From an uncultured Actinomycetes bacterium (GTDB taxonomy: Bacteria > Actinomycetota > CALGFH01), in assembly GCA_937881255.1 (NCBI GenBank), contig CALGFH010000139.1:1-40005 (forward strand): 40,005 nt of DNA, read 5' to 3'. Positions 9,685-19,240 of the stretch are shown piece after piece. The notes under the pieces were generated by a model. That model saw nothing but the letters and a program-made list of their open reading frames with translations. It searched no databases and was not told the DNA's origin. Made by a program: the position numbers and the translations under genes. Position 1 is the stretch's first letter, and each line of letters opens with the position of its first letter.

Positions 9685-10932
9685 TCAGCCGCACGCCAGC
9701 TCCTCGATCACCGCCGCCAGGGCCCGGACCCCTGCCAGGCAGTCGTCGAGGTCGGCGGTCTCGGATGGGCTGTGGCTGGTGCCGGTCGGGTTGCGGACGA
9801 ACAGCATGGCCGTGGGGACGGTGGCGGCCAGGGCGCCGGCGTCGTGGCCGGCGGCGGTGGGGAGGGCCGGGGGCTCGAGGCCGTCGGACCGCAGGCGGGC
9901 GTCGAGGCGGGCGGTCAGGTCGGCGTCGAAGGCGACCCCGGGGGTGCGGGACTCGACGGCCAGCTCGGCGGTCAGGCCGTTGCGGCCGGCCGCCTCCTCG
10001 ACCGCGGTCTGGAAGGCGGTGACCAGCCAGTCGAGGGTCCGGTCCTGGGGGGCCCGCGCGTCCAGCCAGGCCGAGACCCGGGCGGGCACCGAGTTGGCGG
10101 AGTTGGGCTCGACCTCGACCCGGCCGACGGTCGCGACCGCGTCCAGCTCGGTGGCCGCGGCCCGTGCCGCGAGGACGGCCGCGGCCAGGCCGAGCATCGG
10201 GTCGCGCCGGTCGGGCAGCCTGGTCGTGCCGGCATGGTTGGCCTCCCCGGTCAGGGTGAGCCGCCAGCGCCCGTGGGGCCAGATGCCGGTGCCCAGCCCG
10301 ACCGGCTGGCCGAGGTCGGCCAGGCCGCGTCCCTGCTCGACGTGGAGCTCGACGAACGCGCCCAACCGCCCGACCAGCGCCGGGTCGGGGCCGGCCTGGT
10401 CCGGGTCGGCCCCGGCCGCGGCCATCGCCTCGGCCACGGTGACCCCGTCCGGGTCGGCGCGGCCGAGCACGTCCGGCGGGTCGAGCGCCCCGGTCAGCAG
10501 CCGGCTCCCGAAGGTCGGCACCCCGAACCGCCCGCCCTCCTCGTCGGCGAAGGCCACCACCGCCACCGGCCGCTCCGGCTCCACCCCCCGGGCGATCAGC
10601 TCACCCACCGCGACCAGCCCGCTGACCACCCCGAGGGCGCCGTCGTAGGCCCCGCCCCGCCGGACCGTGTCCAGGTGGCTCCCGACCGCGACCACGCCAC
10701 CCTCCCCGGCCTCCCCCGGCCCGGCCCACCAGGCCCAGAGGTTGCCGGCGAGGTCCTGCTCCACGGTCAGGCCGCGGGCGCCGGCCTCGGCCTCGAACCA
10801 GGACCTGGCCGCGCGGTCCTCGTCGGTCCAGGCGAGCCGGGTCCAGCCGCCGGCCGGGTCCTGGCCGATCGCGGCCAGCCCGCCGAAGCACGCCTCGAAC
10901 CCGTCCCGCAGCCGATCCTCGCTCCCGCTCAT
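9685..10932 (-). CDS. M20-family amidohydrolase (allantoate amidohydrolase / N-carbamoyl-L-amino-acid hydrolase type)
   Basis: VAVGSHLDTVRRGGAYDGALGV, VAFADEEGGRFG, FVELHVEQG and FVRNPTGTSHSPSE motifs. The ATG at 10932 has GGGGAG 5 nt upstream. The track ORF starts at a GTG at 10944. Confidence 0.8.
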   Translation of the reverse strand: MSGSEDRLRDGFEACFGGLAAIGQDPAGGWTRLAWTDEDRAARSWFEAEAGARGLTVEQDLAGNLWAWWAGPGEAGEGGVVAVGSHLDTVRRGGAYDGALGVVSGLVAVGELIARGVEPERPVAVVAFADEEGGRFGVPTFGSRLLTGALDPPDVLGRADPDGVTVAEAMAAAGADPDQAGPDPALVGRLGAFVELHVEQGRGLADLGQPVGLGTGIWPHGRWRLTLTGEANHAGTTRLPDRRDPMLGLAAAVLAARAAATELDAVATVGRVEVEPNSANSVPARVSAWLDARAPQDRTLDWLVTAFQTAVEEAAGRNGLTAELAVESRTPGVAFDADLTARLDARLRSDGLEPPALPTAAGHDAGALAATVPTAMLFVRNPTGTSHSPSETADLDDCLAGVRALAAVIEELACG

Positions 10933-11003
10933 GCAGCTCCCCACCGCTCGACGCTCCTGCCCTGGTCGGTGGAGGGATGCTACGTCACGCTGCGAACGGC
11001 ACC

Positions 11004-12911
11004 TCAGGCCGTTGCCGGGCGGGTGGCCAACGTGACCGGGCGGCCGTCGGCCGCCGGCCCGACCGGGGCCCGGCCGAACTGGGTGTTGTAGAGGTCGGCG
11101 TAGAGGCCGCCGCCGGCCAGCAGCTCGGTGTGGGTGCCCTGCTCGGCCACCCGGCCGCCCTCGACGACCAGGATCCGGTCGGCGTTGACGATGGTCGACA
11201 GCCGGTGGGCGATGACCAGGCTGGTCCGCCCCTGGAGGGCGGCGGCCAGGGCCTCCTGGATGTGGACCTCGGCCTCGGAGTCGAGGTGGGCGGTGGCCTC
11301 GTCGAGGATCACGATGGCCGGGTCGGCCAGCAGCAGCCGGGCGATGGCCAGGCGCTGCTTCTCCCCGCCCGACAGCCGGTAGCCGCGCTCCCCGACCACC
11401 GTCTCCCAGCGCTCGGGCAGGCTCTCGATCAGGTCCAGGATCCTGGCCGAACGGCAGGCGGCCTCGATCTCCTCGAGGGTCGCGTCCGGGTTGGCGTAGC
11501 GGAGGTTGGCCAGGATGGACTCGTGGAACAGGTGCGGGTCCTGGGCGACCAGGCCGATCGCCCCCCGGAGGCTCTCCAGCTCCAGGTCGCGCACGTCGAC
11601 CCCGTCGACCCGGACGGCGCCCTCGCTGACGTCGTAGACCCGGGCCACCAGCATGGCCGTGGTCGTCTTGCCGGCCCCGGACGGGCCGACCAGGGCGACC
11701 AGCTCGCCGGGCCGGACGCTGAAGCTGACGTCGTGCAGGACCGGCTCGCCGGCGGCCGCCCCCACCGCCGACGCCCCGCCGGTGAGGCTGGCGATGGTCG
11801 ACTCCTCGGCCGTCGGGTAGCGGAAGCCGACGTGGTCGAACTCGATCCGGCCGGCCGGCTGGTCGAGGGCGACGGCCCCGGGCCGGTCGCGGATCGGGCT
11901 CTCGAAGTCGAGCACCTCGAAGACCCGCTCGAAGGACACGAACGCGGTCATCACGTCCACGCGGGCGTTGGTCAGGGCCGTCAGGGGGCCGTAGACCTGG
12001 GTGACCAGGGCGGCCAGGGCGACCACGTCGCCGGCCCGGAGCTGGTCCTGGAGCACCAGCCGGGCCCCGAACCAGTAGACGGCGGCCGTGCCCACCGCCC
12101 CGACCAGGCCGAGGACGACGAAGAAGGTCTGGCCGTAGAGGGCCGAGCGGATCCCGATGTCGCGGACCCCGGCGGCCTTGTCGGAGAAGCCGGCCAGCTC
12201 GCGCTGGCGGCGCCCGAACAGCATCACCAGCAGCGCCCCGGCGACGTTGAAGCGCTCGTTCATGGTCGTGTTCATGGCCGCGTTGAGCTGCATCGACTCG
12301 CGGGTGATGGCCTGGAGCCGGCGCCCCACCCGCCGGGCCGGGAGCAGGAACAGGGGCAGCACGGCGACCGCGATCAGGGTGATGCGCCAGTTCAGCAGGA
12401 ACATGGTCACCAGGGTCGTGACCAGGCTGATCAGGTTGGAGAAGACCGAGCCCAGGGTGCCGGTGAGGGCCCGCTGGGCGCCGATCACGTCGCTGTTGAG
12501 GCGGCTGGTCAGGGCGCCGGTCTGGGTGTGGGTGAAGAAGGCCAGCGGCTGGCGCTGGACGTGGTCGAACAGGCTGGTCCGGAGCTGGTAGATCAGCCCC
12601 TCGCCGATGCGCGAGGACAGGAACCGCTGGCCGAGGGCGAGCCCGGCGTTGGCCAGGGCGACCCCCACGGCGGCCAGGCCGATCAGGTTGACCAGGGAGA
12701 AGCTGCGCTGGGGGATGGCGGTGTTGAGCAGCTCGCGCACCAGCAGGGCCGGGACCACCGCGGCCAGGGACGACAGGGCGAGCAGGAACAGGTAGCCGGC
12801 GATCTGCCAGCGGAAGTCGCGGGCGAACCCCCAGACGCGCCGGACCACGTCGCGCGACACCTTGGTGCCGGGCGGGAGGGGTTCGCGGCGGGCGTGCCAG
12901 TAGTAGCTCAT
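11004..12911 (-). CDS. ABC transporter, fused permease/ATPase (MsbA/MdlB-type exporter)
   Basis: Six-TM N-terminal half. Walker A GPSGAGKTT, signature LSGGEKQR, Walker B ILDEATAHLD. Its start overlaps the upstream MFS stop (ATGA). Confidence 0.85.
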   Translation of the reverse strand: MSYYWHARREPLPPGTKVSRDVVRRVWGFARDFRWQIAGYLFLLALSSLAAVVPALLVRELLNTAIPQRSFSLVNLIGLAAVGVALANAGLALGQRFLSSRIGEGLIYQLRTSLFDHVQRQPLAFFTHTQTGALTSRLNSDVIGAQRALTGTLGSVFSNLISLVTTLVTMFLLNWRITLIAVAVLPLFLLPARRVGRRLQAITRESMQLNAAMNTTMNERFNVAGALLVMLFGRRQRELAGFSDKAAGVRDIGIRSALYGQTFFVVLGLVGAVGTAAVYWFGARLVLQDQLRAGDVVALAALVTQVYGPLTALTNARVDVMTAFVSFERVFEVLDFESPIRDRPGAVALDQPAGRIEFDHVGFRYPTAEESTIASLTGGASAVGAAAGEPVLHDVSFSVRPGELVALVGPSGAGKTTTAMLVARVYDVSEGAVRVDGVDVRDLELESLRGAIGLVAQDPHLFHESILANLRYANPDATLEEIEAACRSARILDLIESLPERWETVVGERGYRLSGGEKQRLAIARLLLADPAIVILDEATAHLDSEAEVHIQEALAAALQGRTSLVIAHRLSTIVNADRILVVEGGRVAEQGTHTELLAGGGLYADLYNTQFGRAPVGPAADGRPVTLATRPATA

Positions 12912-14134
12912 CCTGTCCGCCCCAACCCGTCGGCGACCTCCGGCATTCCGGCCGGCGCGGCGGCCAGGGCCGGCCGGCGCAGGCGGGCCAGCAGGGCCGC
13001 GGCCGCCACCCCGGCGGCGGCGATCAGGAACGCCCGGTCGGTGCCGACGCGGTGGACCAGGCTGCCGCCGAGGGCGTTGCCGATGGCGAACCCGGTCGAG
13101 AACGCGGTGGTGACCCAGGTGAAGGCCTCGGTGACCGTGCCCGCCGGGGCGAGCCGGTCGACCAGCAGGTACAGGCAGGCGATGGCCGGGGCGATGCCGA
13201 GCCCGGCCAGGACCATGCCAGCGCCCAGCTGGGCCAGCCCGCTGGCCACGGCGAGCAGGGCGATCCCGGCCACGACCAGGGCGAGCAGGGGGACCATGCG
13301 CTGCTCGGGACCTCGGTCGGTGACGCGGCTCCCGAAGGCCAGGCCGCCGGCCATGCTCCCGACCGCCCACAGGGCGAGCAGCGGGCCGGCCAGGGTGCGC
13401 GAGCCGAGCTGCTCGGCCCCGGCCACCACCGTCACCTCGACGGTCCCGAAGGCGCTGGCCAGCAGCACGATGGTGGCCAGCACGGCCCGGATGCCGGGGC
13501 TGCGCAGGGCCCCGGCCCAGTCGGCGGCGCGGCGCTGGGGGCGCCAGGCCCGCGACGCCGGGGTGGCGGCGAACACCCCGACCCCGAGCAGCAGCAGCGC
13601 GCCCGTGCCGAGCACGGCCGCGGCCGGGGAGAGCGCGGCCGCCAGCAGGGCGACCAGCGGCGGCCCGACCACGAAGATCAGCTCCTGCACGGTCGACTCG
13701 ACCGCGAACGCGGCCTGGAGCTGGCCGCCGGGGCCGAGCAGGTCGGACCACAGCGCCCGCATGCAGGCCGCGACCGGCGGGATCGACCCCCCGGCCAGGG
13801 CGGCCAGCCCGGCCAGCACGACCGGGGACGCGGACCGCCCGGCCCAGGCCAGGGCGGCGAAGCTGAGGCCGCTGGTCACCGCGCAGCCGACCAGGACCCG
13901 GGTCTGCCCGACCCGGTCGACCAGCCGCCCCAGCAGCGGCGAGGTCAGGGCCAGGGCGATCGAGTAGGTCCCGGCGACCACCCCGGCGACCGCGTAGGAC
14001 CCGCCCCCCTCCCGGACCAGCAGCACGATGGCCAGCCCGGCCATGGCCGTCGGCATCCTCCCCACCACCGCCGAGGAGAGCAGCCGGGCCACAAAGGGCG
14101 TGCGGAGCACATCAAGGTAGATCCGAAGGCGCAT
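12908..14134 (-). CDS. MFS transporter
   Basis: About 12 hydrophobic helices and an MFS-like loop LLGRLVDRVGQTR. 408 aa. Confidence 0.8.
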   Translation of the reverse strand: MRLRIYLDVLRTPFVARLLSSAVVGRMPTAMAGLAIVLLVREGGGSYAVAGVVAGTYSIALALTSPLLGRLVDRVGQTRVLVGCAVTSGLSFAALAWAGRSASPVVLAGLAALAGGSIPPVAACMRALWSDLLGPGGQLQAAFAVESTVQELIFVVGPPLVALLAAALSPAAAVLGTGALLLLGVGVFAATPASRAWRPQRRAADWAGALRSPGIRAVLATIVLLASAFGTVEVTVVAGAEQLGSRTLAGPLLALWAVGSMAGGLAFGSRVTDRGPEQRMVPLLALVVAGIALLAVASGLAQLGAGMVLAGLGIAPAIACLYLLVDRLAPAGTVTEAFTWVTTAFSTGFAIGNALGGSLVHRVGTDRAFLIAAAGVAAAALLARLRRPALAAAPAGMPEVADGLGRTG

Positions 14135-14180
14135 CCCCCGATGGTGCCAGACGGCCCCGACGGCCCCGGGGGCTCGGGGG

Positions 14181-14702
14181 TCAGGGACGGCCGTCGACGG
14201 CGATGGCCGACAGGGCGGCGCGGACCCGGTCGGGCGGGACGCCCTCGGCCTGGGCGGCCAGCGCCGCCCGCCAGGCGGCGGCCAGGAGGCGGCCGAGCGG
14301 CGTCCCGCCCGGCCCGGTGAGCCGGTCGAGGAACGACTCGACGGGGTCGGCCCCCGCCTGCGGGTGCCGCTCGGCGAGCAGCCGGGCCAGGCCCTGGGTG
14401 GCCAGGTAGTCGAACCCGACCAGCAGGGCGGCCCGGGTGGCGGCCGCCGGCCCGTCGCCGGCCCGGGCGGCGGCCGCGCCCTCCATGCGGTCGAGCACGC
14501 GCCGTTCGGCCTCCTCGCGCACGACCGCGTACAGCCCGAGCTTGCTGCCGAAGTGGTGGTAGAGCGAGCCGGTGGTGACGCCGGCCCCGGCGGCCAGGTC
14601 GGTGACGTTGACCGCCTCGTAGCCGGCGGCCCCGAACCGCTCGAGCGCGGTGTGGACCAGCCGCGCCTTCGAGGAGCCGGGAACCGGGATCCACTCGCGC
14701 AT
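14181..14702 (-). CDS. TetR/AcrR-family transcriptional regulator
   Basis: N-terminal HTH ARLVHTALERFGAAGYEAVNVTDLAAGAGVTTGSLYHHFGSKLGLY. Confidence 0.85.
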   Translation of the reverse strand: MREWIPVPGSSKARLVHTALERFGAAGYEAVNVTDLAAGAGVTTGSLYHHFGSKLGLYAVVREEAERRVLDRMEGAAAARAGDGPAAATRAALLVGFDYLATQGLARLLAERHPQAGADPVESFLDRLTGPGGTPLGRLLAAAWRAALAAQAEGVPPDRVRAALSAIAVDGRP

Positions 14703-14733
14703 CGCCGCACAGCATAGTACGATTCCGCTATCA

Positions 14734-14748
14734 CGTAATGGAGTTACG
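14734..14748. promoter_or_regulatory. candidate TetR operator (inverted repeat CGTAA-N5-TTACG) in an AT-rich divergent promoter region
   Basis: CGTAATGGAGTTACG lies in the only AT-rich stretch (14711-14750), between the TetR gene and the divergent VOC gene. Confidence 0.3.
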
Positions 14749-14759
14749 GAGGAGGGGGC

Positions 14760-15110
14760 ATGAAGCTCACGTTCTTCTACCTGCCGGTCGCCGACCTGAA
14801 GGAGGCGCTGGCGCTCTACCGGGACACCCTCGGCTGGCAGGAGGCCTGGCGGGAGGGCGACACGACGACCAGCCTGCGGCTCCCTGGGACCGAGATCGAG
14901 CTGATGGTCGACACCGACGACGGCTCCATGACCCCCGGCCCCGTCTTCGAGGTCGACAGCGTCCAGGCGTTCCACGCCCGCCACCGGGACGAGCTTCGAT
15001 TCCGCTTCGAGCCCAAGGAGATCCCCGGCGGCTACTGGTCCGCCTTCGAGGACCCGTCCGGCAACCTCACCTACGTGCTCGACCAGTCCACCGCCGAGGC
15101 CGCCGGCTAG
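14760..15110 (+). CDS. VOC (glyoxalase/bleomycin-resistance fold) family protein
   Basis: 116 aa. KEALALYRDTLGW... and ...YWSAFEDPSGNLTYVL are typical of the small VOC fold. Strong SD GGAGGAGGGGG upstream. Confidence 0.7.
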   Translation: MKLTFFYLPVADLKEALALYRDTLGWQEAWREGDTTTSLRLPGTEIELMVDTDDGSMTPGPVFEVDSVQAFHARHRDELRFRFEPKEIPGGYWSAFEDPSGNLTYVLDQSTAEAAG

Positions 15111-16075
15111 CCCCAGCGGCGCAGGAGCCGCTCGGCTCCGGTGGCCAGCTCGTCGATCACCTGGGCGGCGGGTACAACCTGGCGGGTGGCGCCGACGCCC
15201 TGGCCGGCGTAGTGGACCATGGCGTCGATCTGGCCGGTGGTCTCGCGGTTGGGGCAGGGGACGCCGAAGCGGGGGACCGGGAGCGTCCGGGCGCCCATCC
15301 GGGTCTCGCCCACGACCTCGCCCTCGAACGCCTCGGCGGCCGCCACGGCCGAGCTGAGGGTGCGGTGCGGCTCCGGGCCGGGTGGCCACATCACCGAGAA
15401 GGCGTCGGTGAGCACGGTGTCCTCGGCCCCGGCCTGGAGCAGGGCGGCGACGTAGGCGGGGTGGGCGCCGGACTCCTCGGTGGCCAGCAGCCGGGTGCCG
15501 ACCCTGGCCGCCGAGGCGCCGGCGGCCAGGCAGGCCGCGACCCCGCGGGCGGTGGCGATCCCGCCGGCGGCGACCACCGGGACCTCGACCACGTCCAGGA
15601 CCTCGGCCAGCAGCGGCAGGAGGGCGACCTGGCCCCGGATGCGCCCGCCGCCCTCCACGCCCTGCACGCAGAGCAGGTCGCAGCCGGCGTCGGCGGCCGC
15701 CCTGGCCTCGTCGGCCGACCCGGCCTGCCAGGAGGCGAGGGCCCCGCCGTCGTGGACCCGCGCGACCAGCGCCGGGTCGGGGTCGCCGTAGTAGAAGTCG
15801 ACCAGCCGGGCCCCGGCCGCCGCGACCTCGACACAGGCCGCCTCGGCCCCGAAGGGCAGCAGGAAGGTGACTCCGACGACCCCGTCGGTCCGGCCGGCCA
15901 GGTCCTCCAGCAGCCCGGCCAGGTCGTCCGCCTGGAGCATCTGGGCCGGGACCATGCCGACCGCGCCCGCCCCGGCCACGGCCGCGACCAGCTCGGGGGT
16001 GGTGACCCCGCCCATCGGGGCCTGCTGGAGGGGCACGGAACAGCCCAGCAGCTCGGTGAACGGCGTCGAGAGCAT
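15107..16075 (-). CDS. nitronate monooxygenase (NMO / 2-nitropropane dioxygenase family)
   Basis: MLSTPFTELLGCSVPLQQAPMGGVT..., VQGVEGGGR and VVAAGGIATARGVAACLAAGASAARVGTRLLATEES. Confidence 0.8.
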   Translation of the reverse strand: MLSTPFTELLGCSVPLQQAPMGGVTTPELVAAVAGAGAVGMVPAQMLQADDLAGLLEDLAGRTDGVVGVTFLLPFGAEAACVEVAAAGARLVDFYYGDPDPALVARVHDGGALASWQAGSADEARAAADAGCDLLCVQGVEGGGRIRGQVALLPLLAEVLDVVEVPVVAAGGIATARGVAACLAAGASAARVGTRLLATEESGAHPAYVAALLQAGAEDTVLTDAFSVMWPPGPEPHRTLSSAVAAAEAFEGEVVGETRMGARTLPVPRFGVPCPNRETTGQIDAMVHYAGQGVGATRQVVPAAQVIDELATGAERLLRRWG

Positions 16076-16082
16076 GGCGGCC

Positions 16083-18394
16083 TCAGGGTCGGGTGAGGGG
16101 GGCGTAGCGGAGCAGCAGGCGCTTGCGGCCCAGGCCGGGGGGAAGTCGACCTCGGCCATGGCCCGCTCGCCCTGCCCGGACACGGTGGCCACGATGCCCT
16201 TGCCCCACTGGCGGTGGACGACCTCGTCGCCGGGGCCCAGGCCGAGGTCGAGGGCGCCGCGCTGGCGGTCGGCCAGCCGCTCGGCCGGGGTCGGCTGGCG
16301 GTCGAAGGAGACCGGCGGCTGGGGGCGGACGTTGAAGCTGCTCCGCCCGGCCCCGAACGCCGGGCTGGAGTCGCCCCAGCCGGCCGGGCCGGGCCGGGCG
16401 GCGCCGGTCTTGGCGCGCTGGCCGGGGGCGACCGTGACCAGCTCCTCGGGCACCTCCTTGAGGAAGCGCGAGGGCAGGTTGTAGCTGGTCGAGCCGAACA
16501 GGGTCCGGCTCCAGGCGTTGGTCAGGTAGAGGCGCTCCCGGGCCCGGGTGATGCCGACATAGGCCAGGCGCCGCTCCTCCTCGAGCTCGCGCGGCTCGCC
16601 GATGGAGCGGATGTGGGGGAACACGTTCTCCTCCAGGCCGACGATGAACACCACCGGGTACTCCAGGCCCTTGGCCGTGTGCAGGGTCATCAGGGTGACC
16701 GCCTGGCTGCCCGACTCGACCTGGTCGGCGTCTGACACCAGGGCGATCGACTCCAGGAACCCGGGGAGGGTCGGCTCGGCCTCCTGGCCCTCGCGCAGCT
16801 CGTACTCCTCGGCCGCCGACTGGAGCTCGCGGACGTTCTCGACCCGCCCCTGGCCCTCGATCGAGGTGTCGGCCTCCAGCTCCCGCATCAGCCCCGACAG
16901 GGTCCAGGCGTCCTGGACGAGCACGCTCGGGGAGCGGCCCTCCTCCACCCCGGCGGCCAGCTCGTCGAGCACGGCCACGAAGTCGGCCACCGCCCGGCCC
17001 TGGCGGGCGCCAAGGCCCGGGATCTCGCCGGCCCGGCGCAGGGCGTCCCCGAACGGGATGCCCTCCTCGCTGGCGAAGCGGTCGATGGCCCGCTCCGAGG
17101 TGTCGCCGATGCCGCGCCGGGGCACGTTCAGGACCCGGCGCAGGCTGACCGTGTCCAGCGGGTTGACCGTGGCCTTGAGGTAGGCGAGCAGGTCCTTGAC
17201 CTCGCGCCGGTCGTAGAACTTGACCCCGCCGACGATCTTGTAGGGCAGGCCGGCCTTGACGAACACCTCTTCCAGGGTCCGCGACTGGGCGTTGGTCCGG
17301 TAGAACACCACCACCTTGCCGTAGCCCAGGCCCTGCTCGTGGAGGCGCTCGACCTCCTCGACCACGTAGGCGGCCTCGTCGTGCTCGTTCTCGGCCTGGT
17401 AGCGCACGATCGGGTTGCCGGAGCCGATCGCCGTCCACAGGTTCTTGGGCTTGCGCTCCAGGTTGTTGGCGATCACCGCGTTGGCCGCCGACAGGATGGT
17501 CTGGGTCGAGCGGTAGTTCTGCTCGAGCAGGATGACGTTGGCCTCCGGGTAGTCGGCCTCGAAGTCGAGGATGTTGCGGACCGTCGCCCCCCGGAAGGCG
17601 TAGATCGACTGGTCGCCGTCGCCCACCACCGACAGGTTGCGGTGCTCGGCGGCCAGCAGCTTGAGCAGCTCGTACTGGGCCACGTTGGTGTCCTGGAACT
17701 CGTCCACGAGCACGTACCGGAACCGCTTCTGGTACTCGGCGAGCACGTCCGGGTGCCCCTGGAACAGCCGCACCGTCTGCAGGATCAGGTCGTCGAAGTC
17801 CATCGCGTTCGACTCGACCAGCTTCTGCTGGTACAGCCGGTAGGCCTCGGCGGCCTTCTTCTCGAACCAGCCCATCGCCCGGTCGGCCGCGGTCCCGGGG
17901 TCGATCAGCTGGTCCTTCCAGGCGCTCACCCCGTGGCGCATCGAGCGGGCCGACAGCCGCTTGGGGTCGTAGTCGAGCTGCCGGCAGACCTGGGTCATCA
18001 GCCGCTCGGCGTCGCCCTCGTCGTAGATCGAGAAGGTCGAGGTGTAGCCCAGGTGCGAGCCGCTGCGGCGCAGCATGCGCACGCAGGCCGAGTGGAAGGT
18101 CGACACCCACATCGCCTTGACGACCGGCCCGACCAGGTGGCGGAGCCGCTCCTGCATCTCCCGGGCCGCCTTGTTGGTGAAGGTGATGGCCAGCACCGAG
18201 GTCGGCGGCACCCGCTTGTCCTTGATCAGGTGGGCGATCCGGTGGGTCAGCACCCGGGTCTTGCCCGACCCGGCCCCGGCCACGATCAGCGTCGGCCCCT
18301 CGGTGGCCAGCACGGCCAGCCGCTGAGCGTCGTTCAGCCCATCCAGCAGATCAGGAGACGCGCCCGGAAGCTCCGGCGCCGGCGAAGGGTCCAC
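16083..18394 (-). CDS. pcrA: ATP-dependent DNA helicase PcrA/UvrD, with a 1-nt frameshift about 17 codons before its stop
   Basis: LNDAQRLAV, AGAGSGKTRVLTHRIA, ITFTNKAAREM, VDEFQDTN, GDGDQSIYAFRGA, LEQNYRST, TLHTAKGLEYPVVF and VGITRARERLYL motifs. The conserved tail KRLLLRYAPLTRP* is in the adjacent frame, downstream of G-run 16137-16142. GTG start at 18394. Confidence 0.85.
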
Positions 18395-18463
18395 GCCCGC
18401 AGTATACGAGCGGGACGGGATAGGCTTGGCCGTGTGAGCACAGGGGATCCGGGTCAGAACCGG

Positions 18464-19240
18464 ATGGTTGCAGGCTCGTCGGCCGCGTTGTCGGTGCGGG
18501 GGCTGCGCAAGGCGTTCGGGGCCAAGGTGGCGGTGGCCGGGATCAACCTGGAAATTCCGCACGGGTGCTTCTTCGGGCTGGTGGGGCCCAACGGGGCCGG
18601 GAAGACGACCACGCTGGGGATGGTGACCGGGCTGCTGCGGCCCGACGCCGGGCTGGTGCTGATCGACGGGGTCGAGGTGTGGCGCGACCCGGTCGAGGCC
18701 AAGCGGCGGATCGGGGTGCTGCCCGAGGACCTCCGGCTGTTCGACCGGCTGACCGGGGCCGAGCTGCTCACCTACAACGGGCTGCTGCGGGGGATGCCGG
18801 CGGCGGTGGTGGAGGCGCGGGCCGGCGAGCTGCTGGAGGTGCTGGGGCTGGCCGACGCCGCCGGGACCCTGGTGGTCGACTACTCGCACGGGATGCGCAA
18901 GAAGATCGCCCTGGCCTCGGCCCTGCTGCACGCGCCCCGGGTGCTGTTCCTGGACGAGCCGTTCGAGGCCATCGACCCGGTGTCGGCCCGGACCATCCGC
19001 GGGCTGCTGGAGCGGTACACGGCCGGCGGGGCCACGGTGATCTTCTCCAGCCACGTCATGGAGCTGGTCCAGCGGCTCTGCGACCGGGTCGGGATCATGC
19101 ACCTGGGCCAGCTCATCGCCGAGGGGCCGACCGAACAGGTGCGGGCCGGGCGCAGCCTCGAGGACGCCTTCGTCGAGCTGGTCGGGGCGAGCCACGCCGG
19201 TGCCGAGGAGCTGGGTTGGCTGGGCACCTGGTCAGCCTGA
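18464..19240 (+). CDS. ABC transporter ATP-binding protein
   Basis: Walker A GPNGAGKTTT, signature YSHGMRKK, Walker B VLFLDEPFEAID, H-loop SSHVM. Confidence 0.85.
   Translation: MVAGSSAALSVRGLRKAFGAKVAVAGINLEIPHGCFFGLVGPNGAGKTTTLGMVTGLLRPDAGLVLIDGVEVWRDPVEAKRRIGVLPEDLRLFDRLTGAELLTYNGLLRGMPAAVVEARAGELLEVLGLADAAGTLVVDYSHGMRKKIALASALLHAPRVLFLDEPFEAIDPVSARTIRGLLERYTAGGATVIFSSHVMELVQRLCDRVGIMHLGQLIAEGPTEQVRAGRSLEDAFVELVGASHAGAEELGWLGTWSA

Noticed and set aside
15107-19195. The 1362-aa ORF, suggesting a giant helicase-monooxygenase protein with a long N-terminal extension.
   Set aside because: The part upstream of 18394 has no protein-like features. The PcrA-NMO junction is explained by a 1-nt shift that hides the conserved PcrA tail and its stop at 16083. 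It is annotated as two genes.
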